The notes under the pieces: generated by a model
What the model saw: only the letters and a program-made list of their open reading frames with translations
Told to the model about the DNA's origin: nothing
The model's database searches: none
In this document: piece after piece, positions 54,662 through 64,000 of the stretch
Layout of the letters: each line of letters starts with the position of its first letter
Position numbering within the stretch: the first letter of the stretch is position 1
Made by a program: the position numbers and the translations under genes
From: Candidatus Versatilivorator sp.
GTDB taxonomy: Bacteria; Acidobacteriota; Terriglobia; Versatilivoradales; Versatilivoraceae
Length of the DNA: 64,000 nucleotides
Assembly (NCBI GenBank): GCA_965207735.1
Contig: OZ242296.1
Location: forward strand, 4,896,001 to 4,960,000
Direction: 5' to 3'

Positions 54662-57208
54662 CTATTCCAGGAACACGAATTCGTTCATGTTGAACAGCAC
54701 CAGGCAGAGGCCGGCCAGCGAATATTTGCGGGATCCTGCTCGAGCCGGAGCCTTCGCTTCCGCCCCGGCGCCGCCTGAAAACGAGATGGCCTTCAGGGTC
54801 AACTCCCGGCTCTCGTCGGGCAGGTCCCGACCTCCGCCCAAGAAGGACAGGCACTTTTGCTTTTCCTCGGGAGAGGGCGGCCGTTGCAACGCCAGGCGGA
54901 AGGCTCGTTCGATCTGGCGTTCAGGATCCTTCCCCACTTCTCCGACGATGCGGCGGGCCATGGCCTGGCTCTGCTGGTGGGAGAAGTCGCTGTTGAAGAG
55001 CGCGAACACCTGAGGAGTCACCGTGGTCACTCCCCTCACGGGACAGGTCTCCTGGATATTGGGTCCGTCGAAGGCGCTGATCATGGGAGACTGCAGCGAG
55101 CGGCACTGCAGCATGTAGGCGGTGCGCCGGTTGCGGTCTTCGACCGGAGAGGGCTCCCACCAGGTGCCGGCCCGGTCCATGACTTCCTGGTCGATCCTGG
55201 GAAAGAAAGGCGGGCCTCCCTGCAAGGGGTTCAGTTCGCCGCTGGCCGCCAGCAGGCTGTCGCGAATGACCTCGGCCTCCAGGCGAATGGGACTGCGCTT
55301 CCACAGATAGCGGTTGGCGCTGTCGATCTCCTGGTAGGACTCCCACCGGGGATGGCGCAGAGACTGCTGGTAGGTATTCGACTGCAGAATCAGGCGATGG
55401 ATCGCCTTCACGCTCCACCCGCTCCGGATGAATTTCCAGGCCAGCCAGTCGATGAGCTCGGGATGGCGGGTCCCGCCTCCGTTCTTCCCCAGGTCGCTGG
55501 GTTGGGGCACCAGCCCCGTGCCGAAGTGGTATTGCCAGATGCGATTGACCATCACCCTGGCGGTAAGGGGGTTGTCGGGACTGGCGATCCATTCGGCCAG
55601 CACCTTGCGCCGGTTGGACAATCCCTCCAGGTTCACCGGATCGGAGTGTCCGGTCACCGCGCTGAGGAAGCCGGGCTGGACTTCCTCTCCCCTCAAGAGG
55701 TAGTTGCCGCCCTTCAGCACGTAAGTGCCCACCGTGTCCCGCAGGGGGGAGTCGGAAGCCGTAAAGGCCATGGGCTTGAAATAGCCCGGATTGTTGGGGT
55801 TGGCGAAACGGGTGGTTTGCTTGCGCAGCAACTGGTAAAGGTCCTGCTCCTCCTTGCTGAAGAGCACTCCCTGCTTCATGGCCCATCTCAGATCGGTGTC
55901 GCTGATATCCAGGGCCCAGTCCTTGAGATCCTGGGCCATGATCGGCCAGCGGTGGGCCTTCATGCGGGCCTTGAACTCGGCATTCTTTCGTTCTCCCAGG
56001 GCCTTTCGGGATTCCAGGACGGCGTCCCAGGCGGCAGCCTTCTCTTTCCAGACCTCGGGCCGGCGGCCGGCCAGTTCGAACTCGGTAAAGGGAACGGGCG
56101 TGGCCTTGAGCAGCAGCGGGGCGAAGAAGGCCTCCAGCCGGTAGTAGTCGCGGGTGGGAATGGGGTCGTACTTGTGGTCGTGGCAGCGGGCGCAACCCAG
56201 GGTCATGCCCAGGAAGACCGAACCGGTGGTGCCGACCACGTCGTTGAGGACATCCCGGCGCCGCTCCGGACCTCTGTCCCGCTGCACCGGAATCCACTGG
56301 TAGAGGAACCCGGTTCCCAGCTTGGCCTCGTCGCCGTAGTGGCGGTAGGCTTCGCCGGCGATCTGTTCCTTGATGAATCGATCGTAGGGGCGATCCTGGT
56401 TGAATGCCCGGATCACGTAGTCGCGGTATCGCCACAGATGGGAGCGGGCATCGTCGGTCGACTCTCCCCCGGTGTCGGCGTAGCGTACCAGGTCCAGCCA
56501 GTGCCGGCCCCAGCGGACGCCGTAATCGTGACGGGAAAGCAGCCTCTCGATCTCCCGGCCATAGGCCTCGGAGGACGGATCCTCAAGAAAGCGTTCGGCT
56601 TCCTCCGGAGTGGGCGGCAGTCCGATCAGGCCGAAATAGAGGCGCCGCAGGCGAGCCCGGTCGGAGGCGGGCGGCGCCGGGACCATTCCCTTCTCTTCCA
56701 GCCTGGCCAGGATGAAGGCATCCACCCCGTTCTTGACCCGGGATCGGTTGCGCACCTGGGGCATCGCAGGCTCGGCCAAGGGCGTCCAGGGCCAGGCGAG
56801 CGACCGCTCCCCGCCCCCTCCATCGGCAGCCGCCGGCAGTTCGTCAATCCATTGGGAGATGGCTGCGATGTCGGCTTCCGGCAGCGGATTGCCGGTGAGA
56901 GGCATCCGAGGCTGCTTTTCTCCCTTGAGGTACTGGACAAGGGGGCTGGAGCTGCTTTGCCCGGCCAGCACCGCGGGCCCCGCAAGGGCGCCCCCCTTGA
57001 GAATATCGGCCACGCTTTCCAGCGCCAGTCCGCTCTGGCGGGTTTCGCCGTCGTGACAGGCAAGGCAGTTCCGGCTCAGGATGGGCCGGATCTCGCGTTC
57101 GAACCGTTCCTGCGCCTCCGGCGGGACGGCAGCCTCCTCGCCGGCGGCGGGAAGCGCCAGAACCGGCAAAAGACAGCAGGCCAGAAGATGTCGAAACAGG
57201 GAGCTCAT
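54662..57208 (-). CDS. PSD1/PSCyt (DUF1553/DUF1549) planctomycete cytochrome c domain protein
   Basis: CLACH and CARCHDHKYDPI; WLDLVRYADT, NPLTARVMVNRIWQYHFG and HPELIDWLA; C-terminal NEFVFLE. Confidence 0.93.
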   Translation of the reverse strand: MSSLFRHLLACCLLPVLALPAAGEEAAVPPEAQERFEREIRPILSRNCLACHDGETRQSGLALESVADILKGGALAGPAVLAGQSSSSPLVQYLKGEKQPRMPLTGNPLPEADIAAISQWIDELPAAADGGGGERSLAWPWTPLAEPAMPQVRNRSRVKNGVDAFILARLEEKGMVPAPPASDRARLRRLYFGLIGLPPTPEEAERFLEDPSSEAYGREIERLLSRHDYGVRWGRHWLDLVRYADTGGESTDDARSHLWRYRDYVIRAFNQDRPYDRFIKEQIAGEAYRHYGDEAKLGTGFLYQWIPVQRDRGPERRRDVLNDVVGTTGSVFLGMTLGCARCHDHKYDPIPTRDYYRLEAFFAPLLLKATPVPFTEFELAGRRPEVWKEKAAAWDAVLESRKALGERKNAEFKARMKAHRWPIMAQDLKDWALDISDTDLRWAMKQGVLFSKEEQDLYQLLRKQTTRFANPNNPGYFKPMAFTASDSPLRDTVGTYVLKGGNYLLRGEEVQPGFLSAVTGHSDPVNLEGLSNRRKVLAEWIASPDNPLTARVMVNRIWQYHFGTGLVPQPSDLGKNGGGTRHPELIDWLAWKFIRSGWSVKAIHRLILQSNTYQQSLRHPRWESYQEIDSANRYLWKRSPIRLEAEVIRDSLLAASGELNPLQGGPPFFPRIDQEVMDRAGTWWEPSPVEDRNRRTAYMLQCRSLQSPMISAFDGPNIQETCPVRGVTTVTPQVFALFNSDFSHQQSQAMARRIVGEVGKDPERQIERAFRLALQRPPSPEEKQKCLSFLGGGRDLPDESRELTLKAISFSGGAGAEAKAPARAGSRKYSLAGLCLVLFNMNEFVFLE

Positions 57209-57348
57209 GTGGCGGTAAGAACCCGGAGGAAGATATGCGTTGTCGGAAGGATCAAGTTACCTCCAAGGGCTTGAAAAGTCAACCTCAACGCACCTCGACG
57301 CCCTGAACCGTCAATGTTTTTGCGGTCCGCGGTGCGGGAGGGGGCGCC

Positions 57349-58908
57349 TCAGTCGAGGCCGGTCCGCCCTTTCCAGATCGTCAGCCCGGCCAGGTGCCCC
57401 TGCTTGCGGCTGCCCATCAGCAGGCTGGAGACGTAGGCGATCCCGAACAGCAGCAGGTTGGCGAAGGTGCTGACCCAGAAGTTGCCGGGCATGGCGGCGG
57501 CCAACCCCGGGAACATCCCCCGTCCCAGCGGCGTGTCCATGAAGAGCCAGCCGGCTACCGACACCACGGTGACGGCGGTGGCCGTCATGGCCGCCCGGCT
57601 GTTGACCCGGAGCGTCACGAAACCGACCAGGAAAAGGCTGAGCAATCCCCCGCCCATGACCGAAAGCAGCATTCGTTGAAGGTCGTCCAGGGTCTCGGAA
57701 ACCCGGTAGAAGTGGATGCCGCAGGCGGTGGCGATCATCACCAGGCTGAACAGCAGGCTCACCAACTTCCCCACATTGCCGTAGTGGATCGGGTTCCGGC
57801 CCTTCACCCAGAGCCTCTTGTAGAAGTCGGTGGTGACGGTGGCGGCGGTGGCGTTGATGCTTGAATCCAGGGTGGACATGGCCGAGGCCAGCAGTCCCGA
57901 AAGCACGAAGCCGCCCAGGCCGGCCGGGACCTGGGTCAGGATGAAGCGGGGGAAAACGGCATCGGGAGGCAGTCCCTCCAGCCCCGTCCCGGGCACCACC
58001 TTGATATAGACATAGAGGCAGGTGCCCAAAAACAGGTAGTAGCTCCAGGTCGGCACCGACAGCCAGCAACCGATCCAGGCCCCCCGGGCGGCCGCCTTGT
58101 CGCTGGCGGCGGCGGCATAGCGCTGCACGTTGGTCTGATCGGTGCCCATCAGGTGCATCAGGATCATGAACTCGGCAAACAGGTAGGCCCAGAGGGTCTT
58201 CCCCTGCAGAGTCAGGGTGGGATCGCCCAGGTCGAACTTGTTGTCGGCGGCGGCCACCCGAATCAACTCGGAGAAACCTCCGGGAATCTGGGACAGGATG
58301 ATGGGCAGGCAAAGCAGCCCGCCGCCGATCAGGGCGATGCCCTGGAAGACGTCGGTCCAGATGACGGCTCTCAGACCGCCCACCACGGTGTAGATCGATA
58401 CCAGCACTCCCCCGACCACGATAATGGCCGGCACCGAGTCCTCCCCGGTCCGCAGAATCGACTGGATGGCCAGAGAGACCGTATAGAGCACCATGCCCGT
58501 ACGGATGAAATGAAACAGGACAAAGGTGCCGGCGGCATACATCCTGGCCCAGAGCCCGAACCGCCGTTCCAGGTACTCGTAGGCCGAGCTGACCCGGGTC
58601 GAACGGTACATTGGAATGAACAGGTGGACCGCGATCGCGATGGCGGGGATGTAGCCGAAATGAGACGCGAAGTTCCGCCAGTTGCCGTCGCCGTAGGCGA
58701 AGGCCGGCAGCGCCAGAAAGGTGACTGAACTGACGATGGTGGCCATCAGCGAGAATCCGATGACCCATCCCGGCATGGACCTGCCCGCCAGGAAATAGCC
58801 TTCGTCGGTCTGGCTCGATCGCGAGGAGCGTACGCCGATCAGGATCAGCACCGCTATGCCGGCGGCCACCACCAGTTGATCCAGCAACCTGATTTCAAGA
58901 CCGATCAT
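57349..58908 (-). CDS. Sodium:solute symporter family protein
   Basis: YFLAGRSMP, SAYEYLERRFG, GGLRAVIWTDVFQ and AMSTLDSSIN motifs. Confidence 0.93.
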   Translation of the reverse strand: MIGLEIRLLDQLVVAAGIAVLILIGVRSSRSSQTDEGYFLAGRSMPGWVIGFSLMATIVSSVTFLALPAFAYGDGNWRNFASHFGYIPAIAIAVHLFIPMYRSTRVSSAYEYLERRFGLWARMYAAGTFVLFHFIRTGMVLYTVSLAIQSILRTGEDSVPAIIVVGGVLVSIYTVVGGLRAVIWTDVFQGIALIGGGLLCLPIILSQIPGGFSELIRVAAADNKFDLGDPTLTLQGKTLWAYLFAEFMILMHLMGTDQTNVQRYAAAASDKAAARGAWIGCWLSVPTWSYYLFLGTCLYVYIKVVPGTGLEGLPPDAVFPRFILTQVPAGLGGFVLSGLLASAMSTLDSSINATAATVTTDFYKRLWVKGRNPIHYGNVGKLVSLLFSLVMIATACGIHFYRVSETLDDLQRMLLSVMGGGLLSLFLVGFVTLRVNSRAAMTATAVTVVSVAGWLFMDTPLGRGMFPGLAAAMPGNFWVSTFANLLLFGIAYVSSLLMGSRKQGHLAGLTIWKGRTGLD

Positions 58909-58924
58909 GTGGGTTCATCCGGCT

Positions 58925-59755
58925 CTAACGCCTCGGCCAAACCAGCGCGCCCAGCGGCACTGCCGCCAGGACCGCCCAGACCAGGGCCGCCGCCTCCAGT
59001 CCCGCCTGTCCCCGGGCGAGCGCCTGCAATCCGGCCAGCAGACCCACCGCCATACCGGCCCGAACACGAGCCGAAGAAAGGGCAATCCCGGTGGCGTCGG
59101 CCACGGATGTTACCGCACGGGTTCGCCACATCGTCAGGCCGTAGGCCACTGTAACCATCAGAAGCAGCCCCGCCGCGGTTGCCGGCAGTGTTTCCGGGGA
59201 CCACGACAGCGCTTGCCGGTCCAGGTAGACCCAGGTGGCCGCCAAGCAGATACCGGCGAAAAACCATTGACGGCGAAGACGCTCCTTCATGGACGCATCC
59301 AGTCCAAAGGCCAGGGAGCCGATGACCCCCAGCCCGGGAAACGCCCCGCCCCAAGCCGACCAAACGGTGAGTACCGCCACGAAAACTGAATCGATACCTC
59401 GGGCCGGCAAGCCGACGCTGCGGTTGACGATGCGCACCAGAAACTGGGCCGCAAACAGGAGCAACAGGCTGGAGGATTCCACAGTCAGGAAGGCGCCTAA
59501 AGTCAGCAGCAGACTGAGAAAGGCAAGCCGTTCCAGATCGGGAGCCAGTTCCCGTGCAAAGGCCCAACCGGCCAGCGCGGCTGCCGCCCCGAACAGCGCC
59601 GCCTGCGCAATATCCGGCAAGCCGCTTCCCCGCAACAGGGCCATGGCTCCCGCCACGCCGGCGGCCGCCGGCAGCAGGACCAGGACAGCAAGATTGGTGG
59701 GAAAGCGGGGATCGAGGGTCCGAGCGATCGAGGTAATGCGATAGAGGGATTTCAC
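58925..59755 (-). CDS. Hypothetical multi-pass membrane protein
   Basis: Ala/Leu-rich TM helices; WAFARELAPD block; co-oriented just upstream of the symporter. Confidence 0.7.
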   Translation of the reverse strand: MKSLYRITSIARTLDPRFPTNLAVLVLLPAAAGVAGAMALLRGSGLPDIAQAALFGAAAALAGWAFARELAPDLERLAFLSLLLTLGAFLTVESSSLLLLFAAQFLVRIVNRSVGLPARGIDSVFVAVLTVWSAWGGAFPGLGVIGSLAFGLDASMKERLRRQWFFAGICLAATWVYLDRQALSWSPETLPATAAGLLLMVTVAYGLTMWRTRAVTSVADATGIALSSARVRAGMAVGLLAGLQALARGQAGLEAAALVWAVLAAVPLGALVWPRR

Positions 59756-60110
59756 AGGTTCCTGCCGGGACGGGATTGATCGAATCCATTCTACCTGTCT
59801 ACCTGCAACTTTTGTCTCAGTGGAACTGCGCCTCGAGTTTACAATGACTTCCCTATCTTCGTCCGGTGCTCGACGCCGCCACCCGGTCGCTCAGCCTCGA
59901 CAGGATTCGGTAGCCTGAAACAACTCCCTGCGCGGGCTGGCGGGAAAGCAGCTCAAAGTCAAGCATTGGTAGTTGGTTTATTAATCCAGAAAACCAGTTT
60001 AACGGGACATGGCACTTACTCTCGAAAGGCCATTACAGTCCCTTGTTTCAATTTATGATCCGCACGGCAGCGCGCAGCACCGGCTAGCCAGCTTGGTTCA
60101 AGGTCGCCCC

Positions 60111-60518
60111 ATGTACGCCTTCCTGGACCTCTTCTTTATGGTCTTCCACACCGTTCAGATCGTTTTCAACCTGACGGGGTGGATCTGGCGGCGCACACGC
60201 CGCTTCCACCTGGGGTTGATGACCCTCACCCTCTTCTCCTGGTTCGGCCTGGGATGGTTCTACGGCTTCGGCTACTGCCCCAGCACCGACTGGCACTGGC
60301 AAATCAAGGAGGCCATGGGCCAGACCGGCCTCCCCAACTCATTCATCAAGTACTACATGGACCTGCTGACGGGAAAGGATTGGGACCCGGACGTGTTGGA
60401 CGCCTCGGTCGTATTCTTCGGCGTGGCGGCCCTGGGGGTTTCGGCCTGGGTCAACTGGCGGGATTGGCGCCGCCAGGCCCGCCGCTCGGCACCCGGCCGG
60501 CACCCCGCCCAGGGCTAA
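60111..60518 (+). CDS. DUF2784-like membrane protein
   Basis: FH..FNLTGW, SWFGLG.FYGFGYCPSTDWHW and SFIKYY blocks. Confidence 0.75.
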   Translation: MYAFLDLFFMVFHTVQIVFNLTGWIWRRTRRFHLGLMTLTLFSWFGLGWFYGFGYCPSTDWHWQIKEAMGQTGLPNSFIKYYMDLLTGKDWDPDVLDASVVFFGVAALGVSAWVNWRDWRRQARRSAPGRHPAQG

Positions 60519-61630
60519 ACCGTCAGGCAGCGGTCGCGGGCGGCCACCTCCCAGCGCTCCCGGATGCGTCCTTGGCTGACCACCACCACATCCTTGTTCA
60601 AGGCGGTGGTGGGACAGATATGCCAGGGAATGGCCACCAGTTCGTCTCCCGGGCGCAGGGTCCCGGCCCGGGAGGTCTCAATGACCAGGTGCTCTTCGTT
60701 CTGCAGGACCAGCCTGGCGTCGGGCAATTGGGGGAAAACCGCCCGCGTTTCCATGGGTTGGTCGGAGGCCACGGCCTTGTAGCCCAGGTCCAGAGTGACC
60801 CGGTTCTCTCCCGGCAAGCTGATGACACGGGTCAGAACGACCGCTGCCGGCACGAAAGGGAGATCGGGGAAACTCGTTCCGTATCCGGCGTCGTGGAAGA
60901 TGCAGGCGCCCGGGCTGAGTTCGATGGCCGGATCCTCCATCCCGGCATAGACGGGAAAGGTCACCGACCCTCCACAGACCAGGCGCGGCACCTCCCAGCC
61001 GGCTGCGGTCAGCTCCCGGCGAAAGCCGTCCACCCCTTGGAATCGCTCCCTCACCGCGGCCGACCGCTCCGCCAGCGAAGGATAGCGCACGTGGCCGTCG
61101 TAAACGTGGAATCCACCCGCTCGCAGACCCGGGCTTTCGGCGATCTGTCCGTAAAGCCGGCGCGCACGGTTGCCGACCGGAAGACCGGTGCGCTGCTGGC
61201 CGGTATCCAGGTCCAGCAGAACTTCCACCTCTTGTCCGGCCTCGGCCATCAGCCTGGACAGGGCTTCCACCGGTTCGGGGTGGTCGGCGATCACCATGAA
61301 CCGGACCTTGGGAAACCCTTGCACGAAGCGAACGGCCCGCTCGATGTTGCGCCCCACCAGGTGGTAAGCCAGCAACACATCCCGCGCGCCGGCCCGAGCC
61401 ACCATTTCGCACTCGGCAAAGGTGGCCGCCTTGAATTTGTCGATTCCCCGCTGCATTTGCAGTTGGACGACCTCCCGGGTCTTGTGGGTCTTGACGTGGG
61501 GTCGCAGGCGGGCCGGGTCTCCGGCCATCGCCACCATCCGGTCCAGGTTTTCCCGGACCAGTTCCAGAAAGACCACCAGCGCCGGCGTGGCGAGTTGCCG
61601 GCTGTCCTCGATGCGGTATCGATCGGGCAT
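60515..61630 (-). CDS. D-threonine aldolase/DSD1-family PLP-dependent enzyme
   Basis: TPALVV, LRPHVKTHK (PLP Lys), YDGH, DLGYKA, EEH and PWHICPT; AGGAAGGA RBS before ATG 61630. Confidence 0.9.
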   Translation of the reverse strand: MPDRYRIEDSRQLATPALVVFLELVRENLDRMVAMAGDPARLRPHVKTHKTREVVQLQMQRGIDKFKAATFAECEMVARAGARDVLLAYHLVGRNIERAVRFVQGFPKVRFMVIADHPEPVEALSRLMAEAGQEVEVLLDLDTGQQRTGLPVGNRARRLYGQIAESPGLRAGGFHVYDGHVRYPSLAERSAAVRERFQGVDGFRRELTAAGWEVPRLVCGGSVTFPVYAGMEDPAIELSPGACIFHDAGYGTSFPDLPFVPAAVVLTRVISLPGENRVTLDLGYKAVASDQPMETRAVFPQLPDARLVLQNEEHLVIETSRAGTLRPGDELVAIPWHICPTTALNKDVVVVSQGRIRERWEVAARDRCLTV

Positions 61631-61638
61631 GTTCCTTC

Positions 61639-62976
61639 CTAAGCGGCCACGGTGGCATCGGCGGCCCGGGCGCGGTCGACTTCCCCGGTCTTCACCAGCA
61701 ACAGCAGAATTACGGGGACGATGGTCATGATACCCAGCCACCAGAAAGCCGACTGGTAGGAAAGCAGATTGTCGGCCGCGCCGCCCTGCGACCAGATCAA
61801 CCATTCTCGCAGCGGGCCGGCCAGCCAGTTCCCGATGACGTGGGAAACGTTGGACAGCGTCATATAGGTGGTGAACACGGTTCCCGCGGCCACGGTCCAG
61901 GAAATCCTCATGGCCATGGAGAGGAACCCGACCGAACCGATGGCCGCCAGGGTCTCGTAGGAAAGCACATAGGACATGGCGAACCAGCCCTCGTTCCACA
62001 GGCCGGGGAAGGACGCGAAGATCATGGCGGCCGCCCCATAGCCGAAATAGCCGACGGTCAGGATCAAGCGCCTCCCATAGCGGTCGGCCAGATATCCGCC
62101 CAGCACGGCGCCCACGATAATGGGAGCGGTGGCATACAGACCGGAGGCTCTCGAGAACTCCACATCCGTCCAGCGCGGGCTCAGGTACTGGGTGTAGAGC
62201 GCGTTGGACAGGACCTCGTTGACTCCCAACCCAATCAGCTTCAGCAGCGTGAACAGGATGAAGACCCAGGTGGTCGTCAGCGAAAATGCCCTGAGAACAC
62301 TGCCCATGACCCGGAGCGGGTTGCTCACGCTCCCGACGGCCGTAGAGGCGGCCCGGCCGGCGCTCCAGGGGAACCGCTTCTCTCCCCGCCGCTCCAAGAA
62401 CACTACCGGAACCAGCATGACGGCCAGCAGCAACAGCACCTGAACGGCCACACAGGCCTCCAGACCCCAGGCGTTGATCACATGGGACAGGCTCCAGGCT
62501 CCCAACCCCTTGCCGATGAGCTTGGAAGCCCACATCATGCCGTTGGTCTGCCCCTGCTCGTGCGGCGGCAGAATGTCGACCGCCAGGGCGTCGGTGCAGA
62601 CATCCTGCAGGGAGGCAAAGCAGTTGTGCAGAAAGAACATGTAGAGGATGAACTTCAACTCCTGGGAGGGATCGGCGATGCCGATGAATCCCAGCAGCGT
62701 CAGCGCCATCATCAATTCGGAACCGATGATCCAGGGCCGTCTTCTCCCCATGGAGCGAATGGTGAAGCTGTCCATCAAGGGCGCCCATATCAGCTTGAAG
62801 GACCAGGGCACCAGGATGATGGCCTTGAGGCTGCCGATATCGCTGTCGGAAATCTGGTAGTTGTAGGAGAGGTAGGAGGGCAGCGTAATCAACATGAAGC
62901 CCCAGGGAATCCCCTGGGCGAAATAGAGCGCGCACAGGGTCACCCTGCGCTGCCATCGAGTGTCGACCAAGGCCAT
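61639..62976 (-). CDS. AmpG-like MFS transporter
   Basis: LYFAQGIPWGF, PWSFKLIWAPLMD, GRRRPWI and QDVCTDALAVD motifs. Confidence 0.9.
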   Translation of the reverse strand: MALVDTRWQRRVTLCALYFAQGIPWGFMLITLPSYLSYNYQISDSDIGSLKAIILVPWSFKLIWAPLMDSFTIRSMGRRRPWIIGSELMMALTLLGFIGIADPSQELKFILYMFFLHNCFASLQDVCTDALAVDILPPHEQGQTNGMMWASKLIGKGLGAWSLSHVINAWGLEACVAVQVLLLLAVMLVPVVFLERRGEKRFPWSAGRAASTAVGSVSNPLRVMGSVLRAFSLTTTWVFILFTLLKLIGLGVNEVLSNALYTQYLSPRWTDVEFSRASGLYATAPIIVGAVLGGYLADRYGRRLILTVGYFGYGAAAMIFASFPGLWNEGWFAMSYVLSYETLAAIGSVGFLSMAMRISWTVAAGTVFTTYMTLSNVSHVIGNWLAGPLREWLIWSQGGAADNLLSYQSAFWWLGIMTIVPVILLLLVKTGEVDRARAADATVAA

Positions 62977-63061
62977 GGAAAGTATCGACCTCCCGGGTGT
63001 CTCAAGAGTCCGCCGCGGAGCAGCCCAAACTCTACCAGCCGGCTACCCTTCCCGCAAGGGA

Positions 63062-64000
63062 CTAGGTCTTCACCACATAGATCGGGCTCGACCAGGCCAT
63101 GTGCCCGTCCTCCTGAACCACCTTCACCAGGATCGGATTGTCCCCTTTGCGGCAGTCTCCGGCGGAAAGCCTGTAGGTGAACTCACAATGAGCCGGACCG
63201 TCGGCGGCCGGCAGGCGGTAGAGCGAGATGCGCTTGTCCAGGCCGCCCAGGGGCCAGGTTCTGCCCTCCACCCCCAGGCCCTGCAGCCCTGCCTCAAGAC
63301 AGGTCTGATCGGTTTCCACCCGGATCCGGCCGGCTTCCGGACGGGCCAAGTCCAGGATCAGGCCGGCCACCCCGCCGGTGGTGATGGATTCCCAGTCGAG
63401 CCGCCTGGGGTCGGCTTGCCGGCAGGGAAGATCGGGATTGTGGAAATTGAGCGGGGTCACTCCCTGAATCCGATTCCCGGACAGGGTCAAAGATCCGTTC
63501 CAGGCGACCTGCCGGCCTCTCCCCCGCACCTCGGCTCCCTCCCAAAGCAGCTTGATCCGGTTGGTAAGATGGGCGGCGGAGTAGGTTCGAAAACACTCCA
63601 CCACCCGCGTTCCGTTACGAACCTCGACCCGCTCGATGGGGGCGGTTCCGCAGACCCGGATGCGGAACTCGGGATCTGAACCGGACCCGGGGTTGAGCAA
63701 ACCCCCCATCGGAATTCCATCCTCGGCTTCGACATCCAGATAAATGCGAGCGCCGCTGGTCGCATAGACCCGACGGGCCCGGTAGGCCTCCCACACGCAT
63801 TCTCGGGTCAGGCCCTCGGCCAGAACGCAGGTGAGCCCCCCGTAGCTGCCGAAGGTGGCGGCGCCCGGATAGCTGGCTCCGGGGCGGCCCTTGTGCCCGT
63901 CGGAATTGGCCACGATGGCCAGGCGATGCCCCCGGGCAAAGGCGTCCGCCAACATCCATTCGAACGTCCCCCAGGCCGAATGAACCTCCACCGCCCATTC
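63062..64000 (-). CDS. DUF3604/PHP-like metallohydrolase, C-terminal part (start lies beyond the window)
   Basis: EVHSAWGTFEW, NSDGHKGRPG, RRVYATSG and C-terminal AWSSPIY. Confidence 0.8.
   Translation of the reverse strand, partial: EWAVEVHSAWGTFEWMLADAFARGHRLAIVANSDGHKGRPGASYPGAATFGSYGGLTCVLAEGLTRECVWEAYRARRVYATSGARIYLDVEAEDGIPMGGLLNPGSGSDPEFRIRVCGTAPIERVEVRNGTRVVECFRTYSAAHLTNRIKLLWEGAEVRGRGRQVAWNGSLTLSGNRIQGVTPLNFHNPDLPCRQADPRRLDWESITTGGVAGLILDLARPEAGRIRVETDQTCLEAGLQGLGVEGRTWPLGGLDKRISLYRLPAADGPAHCEFTYRLSAGDCRKGDNPILVKVVQEDGHMAWSSPIYVVKT

Noticed and set aside
53232-57274. Long plus-strand ORFs (593 and 805 aa), and similar ones at 1904-3700, 4904-6454 and 28840-30954
   Set aside because: Antisense shadow frames of well-supported genes, as expected in high-GC DNA; no motifs.
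60515-62956. 813-aa fusion ORF
   Set aside because: The N-terminal half is an alternative frame of the AmpG-like gene; the real enzyme starts at ATG 61630 with its own RBS.
1-64000. tRNA, rRNA, integrase or prophage genes
   Set aside because: None recognised by eye; a tRNAscan/Infernal run would be needed to exclude small RNAs fully.

Overview
High-GC bacterial DNA. The gene content (giant spondin/cadherin/Fn3 surface protein, PSD1-DUF1501 pair, DUF1326) suggests an Acidobacteriota-like, possibly host-associated organism; this is inference. Left to right: (1) a nine-gene lipid operon at 144-11570 (minus strand) resembling a split, re-tooled myxobacterial elb ether-lipid pathway; (2) a di-heme cytochrome c peroxidase, ino1 and a Tat-exported xanthine-dehydrogenase-family molybdoenzyme; (3) an IS-rich island (about 21.9-42.9 kb) with a ~3100-aa adhesin-like protein, a 1960-aa S8 protease and two identical IS copies; (4) a LytS/LytTR pair; (5) a nested mobile-element system; (6) a GIY-YIG/antitoxin fusion with VapC; (7) DUF1501/PSD1, an SSS transporter, a PLP enzyme, an AmpG-like MFS and a partial DUF3604 gene. 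The standout is the nested system: an autonomous IS1380, three 243-bp MITEs with the same terminal inverted repeats (TIRs), and an 869-nt ORF-less group II intron (46039-46907). The intron sits precisely inside one MITE TIR, and its EBS1/EBS2 are exact complements of that TIR. All family calls come from motif recognition by eye; no database search was run.
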